This document shows positions 1 to 12,400 of a stretch of 51,295 nt of DNA, in pieces; position 1 is the first letter of the stretch; each line of letters begins with the position of its first letter. Position numbers and translations under genes: made by a program. The stretch is from Thermoplasmatota archaeon (GTDB lineage Archaea; Thermoplasmatota; Poseidoniia; Poseidoniales; Thalassarchaeaceae). The DNA lies in contig JAZANL010000021.1 in NCBI GenBank assembly GCA_036251765.1, positions 1 through 51,295 on the forward strand, in the 5' to 3' direction. The notes beneath the pieces were generated by a model. The model was given only the letters and a program-made list of their open reading frames with translations, did no database searches and was not told the DNA's origin.

Positions 1-1217
1 CCGCTTTCGACTACTACTTCGGAATCCCAAGATAGTTGGAATTGTCCCCCTCCGTAGTCGCCTATCCCTGACTGCTCTGGATTCCATGCAGTTCTGTAGT
101 CAGTAATGGTAACAACTGCTTCTTCACTCCAGACATCGCTCTCTTCCCATGTATTGTCTTCTGACCAGGCTATCTCGACCACCCTCTCCCTCCCACCATC
201 GATGAATGAGACTCCCACTTCGTTGCTGAAGTTTGAGTAACTCGGGAATCTATGCATTCCCGAAATTTCGTATGTCACGAACATCGCATCGAATGTTAGG
301 CTCTGTCCGGCCAGCCTCCTCTCCCACTTGTCGGTTAAACCACCCGAACCCACAACCTCATCTGCCCAGTTTATCGATGAATAAGCCCCTGCTCTGATGT
401 CATGATCATCAGTACTGTTTGAGAATCTAGAATCTCCGCCTAGATTGATTTCCGCGTCGTTGCTGGTCAATAGTATCGGCCCCACCCTGTCAAGGGTTGT
501 GTCATTTATTCGAAGGACTCCAGATGATGAAACCCGCCCTCCAAAGATGGAAGAGGAGTCTGCATGCATAGAGCCATCAATTTCGATTGTGAAACCGGGG
601 GCCCCATTGACCATCATATTTCGATGTGTGAAATCTGCAGCATCGGCCCAGACCCTCTCTTGCCCCTCCCTGTCAACACTGATTTCGCTAAGTGAAATCG
701 GATGGCACTGGGGGCCAGTCAAACCCACCCAAGTATCGACAGGCCCGTTACCGAGGGGAATGAAGTCCTCATCTCCACTAAGGTCCTTAGTTTCGTTTCC
801 AAAATGAGCAACTACTCCGTCCAGCGTGAATCCTTGAATTGGTCGTACGTACATCCTAATATTCTGGTTAGATGACGAAGAAGCCAATACTGCAGATCTG
901 TTACTCTCGTCACAATACCCGAATCCGGCTAATCCAGATGGGGGTTGCATTGCACTTAGCCCAGAATTTTCGATAGTCAAAGAGGACGTCTGATCGACAT
1001 AGATTTCCACTCCATTGGCTATATCCATTTGCGAATTAACAAAGGATAGTGAACCACCGTTCACAACTCTGACATTCTGCGACAGTGTCATGTCGTCCGA
1101 CCAAGTCATATCCGACTCGACGATGATGTCATCCCCTTCCGCTACAGTATTACTTGGAATGAAGGCTACTGAGAGTAATAGTAAGAGGCACAACATTATC
1201 GGATTTCTTCTGCTCAT
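1..1217 (-). CDS. Secreted/surface protein of unknown function, truncated by the left window edge (absent from the ORF track)
   Basis: Read manually on the - strand from ATG at 1217: MSRRNPIMLCLLLLLSVAFIPSNTVAEGDDIIVESDMTW... Basic-hydrophobic signal peptide followed by an acidic beta-rich sequence; I saw no stop before position 1. Confidence 0.8.
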   Translation of the reverse strand, partial: MSRRNPIMLCLLLLLSVAFIPSNTVAEGDDIIVESDMTWSDDMTLSQNVRVVNGGSLSFVNSQMDIANGVEIYVDQTSSLTIENSGLSAMQPPSGLAGFGYCDESNRSAVLASSSSNQNIRMYVRPIQGFTLDGVVAHFGNETKDLSGDEDFIPLGNGPVDTWVGLTGPQCHPISLSEISVDREGQERVWADAADFTHRNMMVNGAPGFTIEIDGSMHADSSSIFGGRVSSSGVLRINDTTLDRVGPILLTSNDAEINLGGDSRFSNSTDDHDIRAGAYSSINWADEVVGSGGLTDKWERRLAGQSLTFDAMFVTYEISGMHRFPSYSNFSNEVGVSFIDGGRERVVEIAWSEDNTWEESDVWSEEAVVTITDYRTAWNPEQSGIGDYGGGQFQLSWDSEVVVES

Positions 1218-1335
1218 TGCCAATCCGTCATGTCAGAGGGCCATGAATATCACCCCTCCGGGCTTAATCTTTCCACAGGTTTTCCACCCTCACAATCGTG
1301 CGAAGGTTCATCCTCCGAATTTCACTGCCAAAGCC

Positions 1336-2019
1336 ATGCCATCGGACTCACTTCCCTGGGATGACCCTCTAATAGCACCACTCCTGGTGCTCTGGCTATA
1401 CCTGCCAGGATATCTTTCCAACACTGCAGCAATGCTGGGGGGTAAGTGGATACCAGATATGACGGGAATACCCGTTTTCACAATCGATGGAGGTAGGGTG
1501 ATGTCGGATGGGAACCGAGTTCTAGGTGATGGAAAGACTTGGAATGGACTAATTGGAGGGACCATAGGAGGTGGCCTTTTGGGCATCCTAACTCATTCAA
1601 TTGCCAATGGAAATACGGTTGACTCTGCTCCATTCCTTGATCCCCTCTCGACATATGGGACGAACTCCTCGGAGATCTCTGATGCGTGGTTCTACTTTGG
1701 AGGAGAATCGGTTACCGCATTCACAATCGGCTGTGTACTTGGATTGGGGTGCATGGTGGGTGACTCAGCAGGTTCTTTCGTAAAACGAAGACTCGGTCAC
1801 AAGAGGGAAGGAAGCGTCAGCTCGAAGGCCCCGTTGCTTGACACAATTCCATTCGCAGCCTCCGCTTTCGTCTTCGGGCAATTCCTGCTAGCACCATCTA
1901 TTGTGGGCAGTTCTGAACTATTGATGGGGATGGTACTCCTACTCTTTGCAACGCCAATTCTTCACAGGTCCTTCAATATCATTGGATATCGATTGGGACT
2001 CAAGTCAGTACCATACTAG
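1336..2019 (+). CDS. carS: CDP-archaeol synthase (CDP-2,3-bis-O-geranylgeranyl-sn-glycerol synthase)
   Basis: Motifs LPGYLSNTAAML, IDGG...GDGKTWNG, GDSAGSFVKRRLG and APLLD are typical of CarS/DUF46. Start moved to ATG 1336 because the upstream part of the ORF overlaps the opposite-strand gene. Confidence 0.88.
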   Translation: MPSDSLPWDDPLIAPLLVLWLYLPGYLSNTAAMLGGKWIPDMTGIPVFTIDGGRVMSDGNRVLGDGKTWNGLIGGTIGGGLLGILTHSIANGNTVDSAPFLDPLSTYGTNSSEISDAWFYFGGESVTAFTIGCVLGLGCMVGDSAGSFVKRRLGHKREGSVSSKAPLLDTIPFAASAFVFGQFLLAPSIVGSSELLMGMVLLLFATPILHRSFNIIGYRLGLKSVPY

Positions 2020-2068
2020 GCAACATCTCATGTGCAATCCATTATCACTAGAATAGGAAGCGCGAGTC

Positions 2069-3340
2069 ATGGCCGGAATGGAAGTATTGGTGGTTGGTTC
2101 CGGTGGCCGAGAACACGCATTGGCGCTAGGGCTATCTCAGAGTGACTCCGTTTCTTCAGTCCACTGCGCTCCTGGAAACGCTGGCACATCGATGGTAGCC
2201 ACCAATCACGATGTACAGGTTTCTGACATCGAGGGAATTGTAAGTCTAGCAAAGGAGTTGATGGTTTCCTTGGTTGTCGTTGGTCCCGAGGCACCACTAG
2301 TGAATGGACTATCAGATAGGCTAAGACAGGAATCAATCCCCAGCTTCGGACCTCATTCTGAGGGGGCAATTCTAGAGGGGTCCAAGACTCATGCAAAGAC
2401 TGTCATGGCGGCACTCGGAGTCCCAACAGGGAGATTTGAAAGAATTGACGAAATCGACTCAATAGGCGCCAGCTTGGAATCATTTGAACCTCCTTGGGTT
2501 ATCAAGAGGGACGTTCTTGCGGGAGGAAAGGGAGTAACTGTCACCTCCTCAAGAAGTGAGGCGTATGAAGCACTAAGAAGCGGAATTGAGACAGATGGTT
2601 TTGTCCTCATGGAAGAGCATCTTTCTGGAGAGGAGGCCTCAGTCCTAGTGATTATGGACGAGTCTGGTTATGTGATGCTTCCAGCAAGCCAGGACCACAA
2701 GAGAGTTGGGAATAATGACCAAGGACCAAACACCGGGGGGATGGGTGCATACGCTCCAGCCCCAGTCGCGACACCATCCGTATTGGCCAGGACAAGGGAA
2801 GAGATAGTAGAACCAATGCATCACCATCTGAGAAACTCGGAGACTCCCTATCGTGGTTGCCTATACGTTGGCCTGATGATCGATGAGGACGGAGCTCCTA
2901 GCGTTGTCGAGTTCAACGTGAGGCTTGGAGACCCCGAGGCTCAGGTGACTATCCCTCTGATTCAGACAGATTTGGGTCTTGTCCTGCTGGCAGCCTCACA
3001 GGGAGAACTCGCAGAAATCGAAGTCGAGTTCAAGAAATTCCACGCAACTACAGTAGTACTGGCATCGGAGGGTTACCCGGGTGACGTGATTTCTGAAAGG
3101 GTGATAGAAGGATGGGATGCAACAATAGAAGAGGGCCAATCTCTCGGTTTTGTCCATCTTGCCGGAGCGAAAAGAAACGACTCCGGAGAACTAATTTCAA
3201 CCGGAGGTAGAGTGCTATCTGCAACTGGAATTGCTCCTAGCCTAGTCGAGGCATTGGAGATCTCATACCAGATAATTGAGGGAATAAATTTGGAAGGTTC
3301 CCACTACAGGGAAGACATCGGTTTTCGCGCTCTTCCGTGA
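2069..3340 (+). CDS. purD: Phosphoribosylamine--glycine ligase
   Basis: VLVVGSGGREHAL, APGNAG, VVGPEAPL, LAGGKGV, QDHKR...GPNTGGMGAY, EFNVRLGDPE, GGRVL and YREDIG motifs. Confidence 0.97.
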   Translation: MAGMEVLVVGSGGREHALALGLSQSDSVSSVHCAPGNAGTSMVATNHDVQVSDIEGIVSLAKELMVSLVVVGPEAPLVNGLSDRLRQESIPSFGPHSEGAILEGSKTHAKTVMAALGVPTGRFERIDEIDSIGASLESFEPPWVIKRDVLAGGKGVTVTSSRSEAYEALRSGIETDGFVLMEEHLSGEEASVLVIMDESGYVMLPASQDHKRVGNNDQGPNTGGMGAYAPAPVATPSVLARTREEIVEPMHHHLRNSETPYRGCLYVGLMIDEDGAPSVVEFNVRLGDPEAQVTIPLIQTDLGLVLLAASQGELAEIEVEFKKFHATTVVLASEGYPGDVISERVIEGWDATIEEGQSLGFVHLAGAKRNDSGELISTGGRVLSATGIAPSLVEALEISYQIIEGINLEGSHYREDIGFRALP

Positions 3341-3390
3341 ACAAAATTCGCCTCAATCTCGGGGTTATCTTTCCAATCCGTTCTACGAAC

Positions 3391-3398
3391 GGTTAAAA
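3391..3398 (+). promoter_or_regulatory. Putative TATA-like promoter element (GGTTAAAA) upstream of giant aglB
   Basis: Starts 28 nt before ATG 3419; a similar GGTTNA motif lies before several other genes in the window. Confidence 0.4.
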
Positions 3399-3418
3399 CA
3401 AGCGTTTTGGTCGGCGCG

Positions 3419-6400
3419 ATGCTGAGTCATTGGCAAATAGGTCCGGTGGATGGGATGGAAGAGGGTAAAGAAAGTCTTCAAGTCGCCCAATTCAACAACC
3501 TAGTCGCCCCTTTGGCGATTACAATAGCACTTCTTGGTTTGACTATCGCAGCTTCTTCCTTTGAAGGCAGAGAAGTTGATGGGGATTTCCTCTCCGCTTC
3601 GATAATAATCTCGCTATCTGTTCTAATTCCAGCTTCCATGGGGAGGTCTTCGTTGCTAGTCCCTCTCGGTTCAGGAGCATTGCGCGTTTCCTCTATCACT
3701 CTCGCGGCCGCTCTCATAGGAATTATCGCTAATTCAGTTGCCCCAGAGCATTTCAACCACATGTTCGTATCCACATTCGTATTCGTCGCATTCGCCTCAG
3801 CAGCATTAAACGAATCAGAACGATTCGAGGAGTCTGCAAGTTTGCTATCGATAGTTCTGGGCATGAGACTAGCAGCATTCTATGCAGGAGGGCTACTAAT
3901 TGCCCAAAGCGACTCACTTTCAGTCATAGACACAGTCAGAGATTCCATCGGCTCCGCTTTCTTCTCATTCTGGCTTTCTTCAATATCACTAGGCTTCCTT
4001 GTGATGGTGTGTCTAAGGGGTTCGATCGAGAATAGGGGCAAAGGGAGGCTCATGGCCAATCTTCCAAACATCAGAGATAAACCAGAGGTTGGAATCTACT
4101 CTTCTCTAGTATTCGCTAGTTTCCTAGTCCCACTTCTCTGGATATGCCAGATTGATTCTATTCAGGAATATTCTCAGCAAAGTCACTTAGGAGTGGCATG
4201 GGCTTGTTTCACTGCGTTGGTCATTTTCATTCACGCATTCTTCAGGGCAGAGGGGTGGCATGTATTGGGTGCACTTCTGGCTGTGAACTGGACTCTTTAC
4301 ACAATTGGCCACATTCATGAGATCGGAAACGAACTACCATCATTATTCGCGGAGGACGGATTCATTGGCTCATTCACATGGTTCTTCCTGTGGTTTTGGA
4401 TGAACTTCTTCGCCATCTTCTTCGCATCCAGGGGGGTTTTCGGAGATATTGCGCCAAAGAGGGAGAGGAGCGGCTTCAGAGTTTGGTGGGACGTCAACTC
4501 CTATTCCGTGATGGTTGCACTTGCATTGTTGGTAGCTCTAATCGTTCGAACTGCATGGAACGTAATCCCGGCAATGAATGCAAACGGGACCGGGCTTTGG
4601 GATATGACCGGTGGTTCTGACCCATGGTACATGAAGAGGGTGGTCGACTATGTAATTGCCGAAAGAAGCCATCTGATTTTCGATCATGACAGGGCCTATC
4701 CAACAGGAGGAATCAATCCAAGGCCTCCACTCTTCTCTTGGTCTCTCGCCCTGGGAGGCTTGGCAATATCTTGGATTCTTGAGATTCCAGCTGATGAAGC
4801 GGTTTGGTGGTCCATGTCCGCCCTTCCAGCAATATACGGCGCACTGATTGTTCTTCCAATTGCTGGCATAGCTTCTCGCGCACACAGTAAGAGGGCAGGC
4901 ATAATTGCAGCTTGGTTGATAGCCCTAATGCCCGGCCACATGAGCCGCTCAACTTTCGCCATGTCGGATCACGACTCCTTCGCGATGCTTTTCCTAGCAA
5001 TCGCATTCTACTATTGGATTACGGCAATAGGGAAGATTGACCACAATAAACTCTTCAAGACAACTAGTACAAACCCGTTGTACATCCTCGCAGGAATGAG
5101 GGAGACATGGAAGAGGAACCCGTCATTGATGGCCAATGCGTCAATGGCTGGAGTAGCATTCTCAATCATGGCCCTTGGGTGGAAAGGATTCGTCTATGGT
5201 CCGGGAATACTATTCCTAGCTTATTCATTCCAAGTAGCGATTAACATATTCAAGGGAAGGGATAGCCTACAATTTACCTCTGCGGCTCTTCAAATGATGC
5301 TCGTGGCCATTCTGGTACCTGCTCCCTTCTACGCATGGCCAGGAATGAACCTACTCTTTGCCCCCAGTGGGATGCAGCCCATGTTCTACATAATCGGCTT
5401 CACATTTGCCGTGGGATGGGTGTCTAGCTCGTTCAGGGACAAGCCTTGGCTGTTGGTAGTGCTGGGTGGAAGCGCATTATTCGGCTCGATACTAGCCCTG
5501 CTATTCATTCTCCAGGAAGCACAGTTGTACAATGGCTGGGACATCCTCTTCACTGGCGGCTTCTACTTCTCAAAGAACAAGATATTCGGCACTATCGGTG
5601 AGGCCCAAGCCCCGGAGCGAGGAGTACTCTTTGCATCCTACGGGCCAATAGTGGCTCTCATCGCAATTTGCTGTGCATTCTTACTATTGTGGAGGGGCAG
5701 CAGGAAGAACAAGTCAGAATTGACCCTATTGGGGCTTTGGACCATTATTGCCACATACATGGCATGGTCAGCAGGACGTTTCATCATCAACGCCACTCCA
5801 GTAATGGCGGTAGTGGGCGGGATTGGAATTTCCATGCTGTGGGGGTCCGCAAGTTTGCCATCTTTCGCTAAGGTGTGGAGGAACTCAGGGATCGGGACCC
5901 CAAGGACCCGATTCAAGTCCCTATGGCCTGCCACCAAGGCTCGTCCCGGCGTCCCGGCCATGGTCATGGTACTGCTACTTATCACGTCTCAACACGCGAC
6001 TTATGGAATTGATGCGGGAATACCGAGAGGGGATCAATCTGCAAGTGAGATAGATCAGAGCCTATATGACATTGTTCCGGACATCTTGAGGCAGGACCTG
6101 CTGGGATTGTTTTCGGTAATGAATAGCGAACCCTACGATCAAAGCGACTCTGGATTATGGTACATGGGAACTTTCGGCCCCAGTTTCAATTCGCAGGGTT
6201 GGAATGAGGCATACGAATGGCTATCACAGCAGGATACCGAGACTCCATTCAGCGAACGTCCAGCTTTCGTCTCTTGGTGGGACTACGGTTTCCAAGCACT
6301 AGTTTCTGGGCAGCATCCTACGGTTGCAGACAACTTCCAGTCAGGAATCCCAAACAGCGGGGCAATGTTGCTCTCTGGAGGCCAGGAAGACACACTCTCG

Positions 6401-9400
6401 CTTTTCATTACAACACTGGCAATGGGCGACAAGAGCATCAATGGCCAACTTGGCGACTCCTTCATATCCGTTCTTAACAACACAATGTCCGAGGACCAGG
6501 TCAAGGAGTTTGAAGCCATTACTTCCAACAACAACAAGGAGTTCCTGCAACATCGCCTTATGGCTGTAGTTGCTGAATATGGCGGTGCAGAATTGCTCCA
6601 GGGCAATCCTCTGGACAGTAATGGGCTAACATGCTTAGACCCTTGTTTGGATACATATGTGGTATTGGTGAATGGGGAACAATTCGGGGAATCAACCACC
6701 AATTCAACAGAGGCAATGTCCCTCTTCGACCAAGCTCGTGGCTCATCATCCTCGTTTGAACTATCAGATTTCGATGAGGCAAGCCACTATGACATGGCTG
6801 GATACAGATATACAAGAGACATCATTGATGACTATGATGATCTCTCGACCGCACTCCACAGGACAAATGCTAGGTTCGGCATGGCCCGTGCATTCCTAAT
6901 CACCGCCTTCTCTCTGGAGGATCTTGTACAGATTTATGATGGAATCTCATCCATCGACTCGTACGAGGTCTCGGATTATGACCAATCCCATGGAAGTACA
7001 ACTTCGAGGAACCACGAGATTCGATACTTCGCAGTAGATAATCGCCTATTCCCACTAGGTGGAAAGTACTATCAGGACTATCAGTCGTATCACAGGGGCC
7101 AGACCACTGGAATCTTCCATGCTCCAACTCATCTATCTGGCCTTGACCTAGACTCTTACATTACTACAACTTACGAAACAAATCAAGGTCCAATGTCACC
7201 TGACGAGTTCCAAACCAGATACATGGAGGATCTGAAGGCTCAAGCCTCAGGAGCATCTACCGGGGAGGACATGATTCAGATGACGGACATGGACTACCAG
7301 CATCTCGACGGCTTCTTCGAAACTATGGTTGCTAGGACATACGTCGGTTATGGGACTTCCACGCTGGGACTGCCATCGATAAGTGGGCAAGAAGGCGATG
7401 CAGACACGCCCTCTACCTGGATTCTTCCAAATTCACTCACAGGGACTCCGGGAAGCTATTTGCAGGGCGCAATGGCACTTCCAGGAGCAATGATGAACCA
7501 CTTTGTACTATCCAACTGGTACGACCCCACAAATGGAACCTCCTGTGAGCAAATCCAGATTTCAGGCTCCGCATCAACAGTAGTTGGGACTCCAAAATTG
7601 TCTAGTGTCTCACTTTATTCAGAAGACAGCCTATCATCAGGGTGGTCTCAACTTCAATCAGGAGGCCCTTGGAAGGTGACCCAGGTGGAAGAAGGAGTCA
7701 TCCCCATTAATGCCTCGACAATAGATTATGACTCCGACGAAGAGACTCTATCACTCAGTTCAGACTCTCTTTCTTCCAGTAATGGCACCGAATTCACCCT
7801 TACTGGAAAGGCAGACAGGTACTGCGGTTCGATTTATGATTCTAACAGAAATGTCAAGATTCTGAAGTATTACAGCGGTGCTAAACTGGAGGGATCCGTC
7901 ACACTCGAGGGAGTTGGCCCGGTACCAAACGCACGGATACTCATAGAGAGAGATGCTTTCAGCGGAGATGAGTCAGCCGACGAAGACGGAAACGTAGTCG
8001 ATAACGACTCCAGAACATACTGGATACCCATCGGAAGCACTCAGGCGGACGAAGATGGCCACTACTCCTTCATCGCTCCAGCCGGAAAGATTCGTGTTTC
8101 TGCTTTCACAGGGGATCCAGACCTCGACTCCGCCAGAACATCTCTGCTCTCGGGTTCAGCCAACCAAATGTCTGAACTATTCTGCAACTCGGACGAACAA
8201 TGGAATCCTTACGTGGCCGATTGCCTCCCTATTGCAGCAGCAGGCTCTCGAACAGTCAATCCGGTAACTGGAATTCTTGGGGGCGTCTATGGGTCTACAT
8301 GGCTCTCTGAGACAATAGTGAACATTTCTGGCTCAGATGGTCACAGCAATGGCCAGTCCGTTATTGAGGCTCCAATATCTGTAACCCCATCAACCGCTTC
8401 AGGAATTCTCTCATGGACCGGAGAACTAGATTTTGACGGAGACCCAGTTGTCTCAGCAAATATCGTCCTCACGCCTTCCTCGGATGACGTGGTAATCCAG
8501 CCTTACGAGGTAATGACCTCTGATGGGAGCATGGTGGGTGAGGACTTGAGATTCACTGGAATTGGAGAGGTAACATTCCTTGGGGGCGGAACAGTTGAGA
8601 GCATGGGTGCAGTATCTGTTCACGACTTCACTGGCACACATACTCAAGCAGTTTTCGACAATCACAGCATTACCGGGGAAGGGCAATTCTCTGGAAAGGG
8701 GATACTTGATGGTACACTTTCAGGCGAGTTCCCAGATTGCTCTGGCCATATTGTCCCAGATGGTTCTGATGCATGCATGAACGAAGATGGAAACTATCTC
8801 TTGGACGGCGTAGCAAACGGATCTGGAAAGTTCACATCATATGGGGTCAGCGAGTTCACTAGGGAACTTTCACAGGCCACATTCATCGGTTCAGGAAACT
8901 TCGCCACGTCCCCTTCGAATGATCTTGACACCTTCGGGACAATAAATGGGACGGGAACCTTCTCTGGTCACGGAACCTTCAGTGGCCCGATGGTAAGACC
9001 AGGCTCATTCCACATAGTAGACGCACTCCCCGGCGAGTACTTGGTTTCGGTTGATTTCGGAACAGGAGATCCGGTGGAGCTAGCGAACCCATTCGTAATC
9101 CCCCTGACTCCTTCAGAAATTCAGACTCCAGTTTCAATTACTGGTGGGGCCGTCAAGGGAACCGTATCGATTTTCACAGGTAGGCCATTGTCGAGTGAGG
9201 TTTCGATTTTCTCGATCAATGGCTCCAGTGACGACTCCAATGAAGAGTGCGCTGGAGTAATCACTCAACCATGTTTCGTCATTCCCGACGAAAGCGGATC
9301 ATTCGAGGTTGGACCAATAGTGCCCGGGTCTTACCTAGCAGAGGTAGATATCGATGAAGACGGCTTCCCAGAGGTCTCACAGGCCTTTACTTTCGAATCC

Positions 9401-12400
9401 GGAATGGTATCTTTGGTTTCATTCCCTTCGGAGGTCCCTCAAACATCAGATATCACATTCACCCTCTTAGATGATGGAGTCAGTGTTGATGGACTCGATT
9501 TACAATTCACTCCCGAGGATCTTTCCAGAAGCGCAGTTTCATCAATTTTCGATAACGACTCAAAGACTTATCACGCCGAATTGGCCCCTGGGATTTGGAT
9601 ACTCAACTATACATTGAGTGATGAGAAGCAGCTGTGGCAGCGTGTTACTGTCGGGGATTTCGATATTACCGAGTCTTTCGATTTCTTGGTCAGTCAAGTT
9701 GTTACGGGTGTTGTGGTAGACAAACCCGCCAAGGGGGATGAGATTTCAGAACCAATTTCCAGAGTATCCAACCAGGAGGTTTTGTTCCAGTGGCAGGGAT
9801 TCACCCTGAAATCAACTACTGACTCATTCGGAGAATTTAGCGTGGTACTGCCTAGAGGGGCCTTTGTCCATGCGACCGTAGAGAGGATGGTAGGGGCAGG
9901 TGGCTTCTTCTCAAACGGCTCCAGCTTCCAAGTAACCGATACGATGGAGAACATCACAATCGAACTCACTGATTCAACAATGGTCCTCGGGGAAGTGAGC
10001 CTAAACCGCGAAGGGAACACGTACAACCAGGGGTTCTCTGGTTGGACTCCTGTTTTCGCAAAGGCAAACAACTTGGATGGAACTACAGACGCCGTCTGGA
10101 GGGAAGAGGTGGATGACCTCGGACGATTCGACATGCTACTACCTCTCGGGAACTGGTCTTTCACATTGGAGGCAGGAAACGAAATGTCCTCCAGCTCTGT
10201 TGTCAAGGAAGTAAACACCTCTTCCGAACCTATGGTCGAACTCCTGGTCCTTCCAACCAACAGTACCGTGGAGATAGATTTCTTCATCGATCATGAAGGA
10301 GATAACAACGCATCAAATGGGACTCCAGTCTCATATCCATTTGAGATTAAGCCCCTGACTCCAAATGGGGCCGGGTTATCCGTCTCAAGAGACGGCCCTG
10401 AGTGGACTCAAACAGGATTAGCAGAAGTTTCGTTAGAACCAGGCAGGTATCGAATAGTGGTTGAGAGGGCCAACTCCTCTGCAGACGAACCCTTCGATAC
10501 CCTGTACGACACAAACGAGATATTCGAAGTTGAGATCGGCTCTTCTACAGTCAAGCGATCCGTAGGTTTCGAGCCAAGATGGTTGCTTAACATCACATTG
10601 AGAAATGAGAGCGGTGAATTACTCAAGAATCATGAAGTAAAACTTGAATCGGCGGAAAATGGCTGGATACAAACTTTCACAACCAACGAAGATGGCATGT
10701 TGGTCGAGTACCTGGAGGAGGGGGACTGGATTGTAATTGTAGAAGAGTTCGAGACCAACACCGGAGTGTACGAGGGCCTCAGGAGAACTATTTCTGCTTC
10801 ACAATCATCTGCAGGATCACGTTTGAACTTCCAGACTGCCGAACTCGCTTCTGTGACCGTTACTCTCCAATCAACATCCGATGTTGCTGCACCGGAGTTG
10901 ATAGATCTAACGATATCTTCGCAGGAAGGTCTTGGATCATTCGTCAGCTCTATTGGAGGTTTAGATCAACCACTTGAAATCAGACTTGTTCCCGGCATGT
11001 GGAATGTTGAGATTAACCAGACCAATCAGGATGGAGTCAGGACGCTCCTGGAGAACACGTCATTGGTCGAATCCGGTGTCACCGTGGGTCCTGACCTGCA
11101 AGTTTTCCTGACAGTCCAGAAACTAGTCAGCGTCAGTGGAAAGGTATTCTGGGACTTGGACGATGACGGCTCTCCTGGTTTCTCGGAGGGACTCTCAAAT
11201 GCCTCGGTAAACATTACTGGTGACTTGGATTCTCCATCCCACCACCTAACCTCGGATGACGACGGCTTCTGGTCAACTTTCCTTCCCGCACAAAGCTCAT
11301 GGAATATTACTGTAGAGAGGGAAGGATTCGGCACAGAGACATCGGAAGTAGAAATTGGAGAAATCTCAGTAACCAATAACATCGAGATTTCAGCTGGTGA
11401 GGTAGAAATTACTGGCAGCATCTCATATCTCGACCAGACTTGTATTTCCAGTGGCGAGTGGCAAGTGCAGATGATCCCATCACATGGGATCTCTAGAGAG
11501 CGCATCACGGTATCCGGAAATTCCATGGGTGAGTGGTCAGTCATGATACAACCAGGTAGTTGGGTCGCTATGGCCACCTCTACATCCGAGGACTCTGACT
11601 GCGCAGACCTGATTTCGATAGAATCTATCGAAGTAGGGGTCGATGGTGGTTCGGTCGAATCAGAACTCACAGTCGGAGGTACACTAAGGCTCGAGACAAG
11701 TTGGTTGGACTTCGATGGCGACCCACACGATCTTACCGAGATTGATGATTATGACCTGGTCATAGAGTATGGTCAAATTTCATGGTCCGAGGAATTAGGA
11801 AGTGATGGGGTCCTGACACTATTGGTATTGCCTGGTACGGTACAAACCTCCAGTAGCTTCGAATTGGACGAGGGAGTTCGTAACGTTTCATACTCTGGGG
11901 GCAAGGGGATATCCATCAGAGCAGGGCAGGTAAGCCCGATGCACACTCTGAGCATCGATAGGGTCTCCAAGCAAAGCGTTGTTGCAACAGTCCTGGGACT
12001 TGAAAGAGTGGAGGTTCAAGAGGTCGATACCGCTTGTACCAATGACAACGACGGCGACGGCGTAATCAATGGAGATGATGCTTTCCCGAACGACCCTGAC
12101 GAATGGAACGACAACGATGGAGACGGTACCGGCGACAACGCCGACCCGGACGACGATCAAGACGGGGATCTTGACGAGGATGATGAATTCCCGATGGGGC
12201 AGGGCCTACCAACAAACTCCGCTGAGGGGTGCAAATACCAGAACGCAGCTTTCACACTCTCAATTGAGTATGAAGGGCACAACTCGTTCGACGAATATAC
12301 CGCCGTTGGAACGGTACCCGGTGCCGATGGTCTGGATTGGGATGTCCAATTCCAGAACTCATCCGGCGAATGGGTGAATTCCCTGACATTCGATTTGGGA

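Noticed and set aside
445-1335. + strand ORF 445-807 and the N-terminal 107 codons of ORF 1015-2019
   Set aside because: Antisense shadows of the real - strand secreted-protein gene starting at 1217; CarS similarity starts only at ATG 1336.
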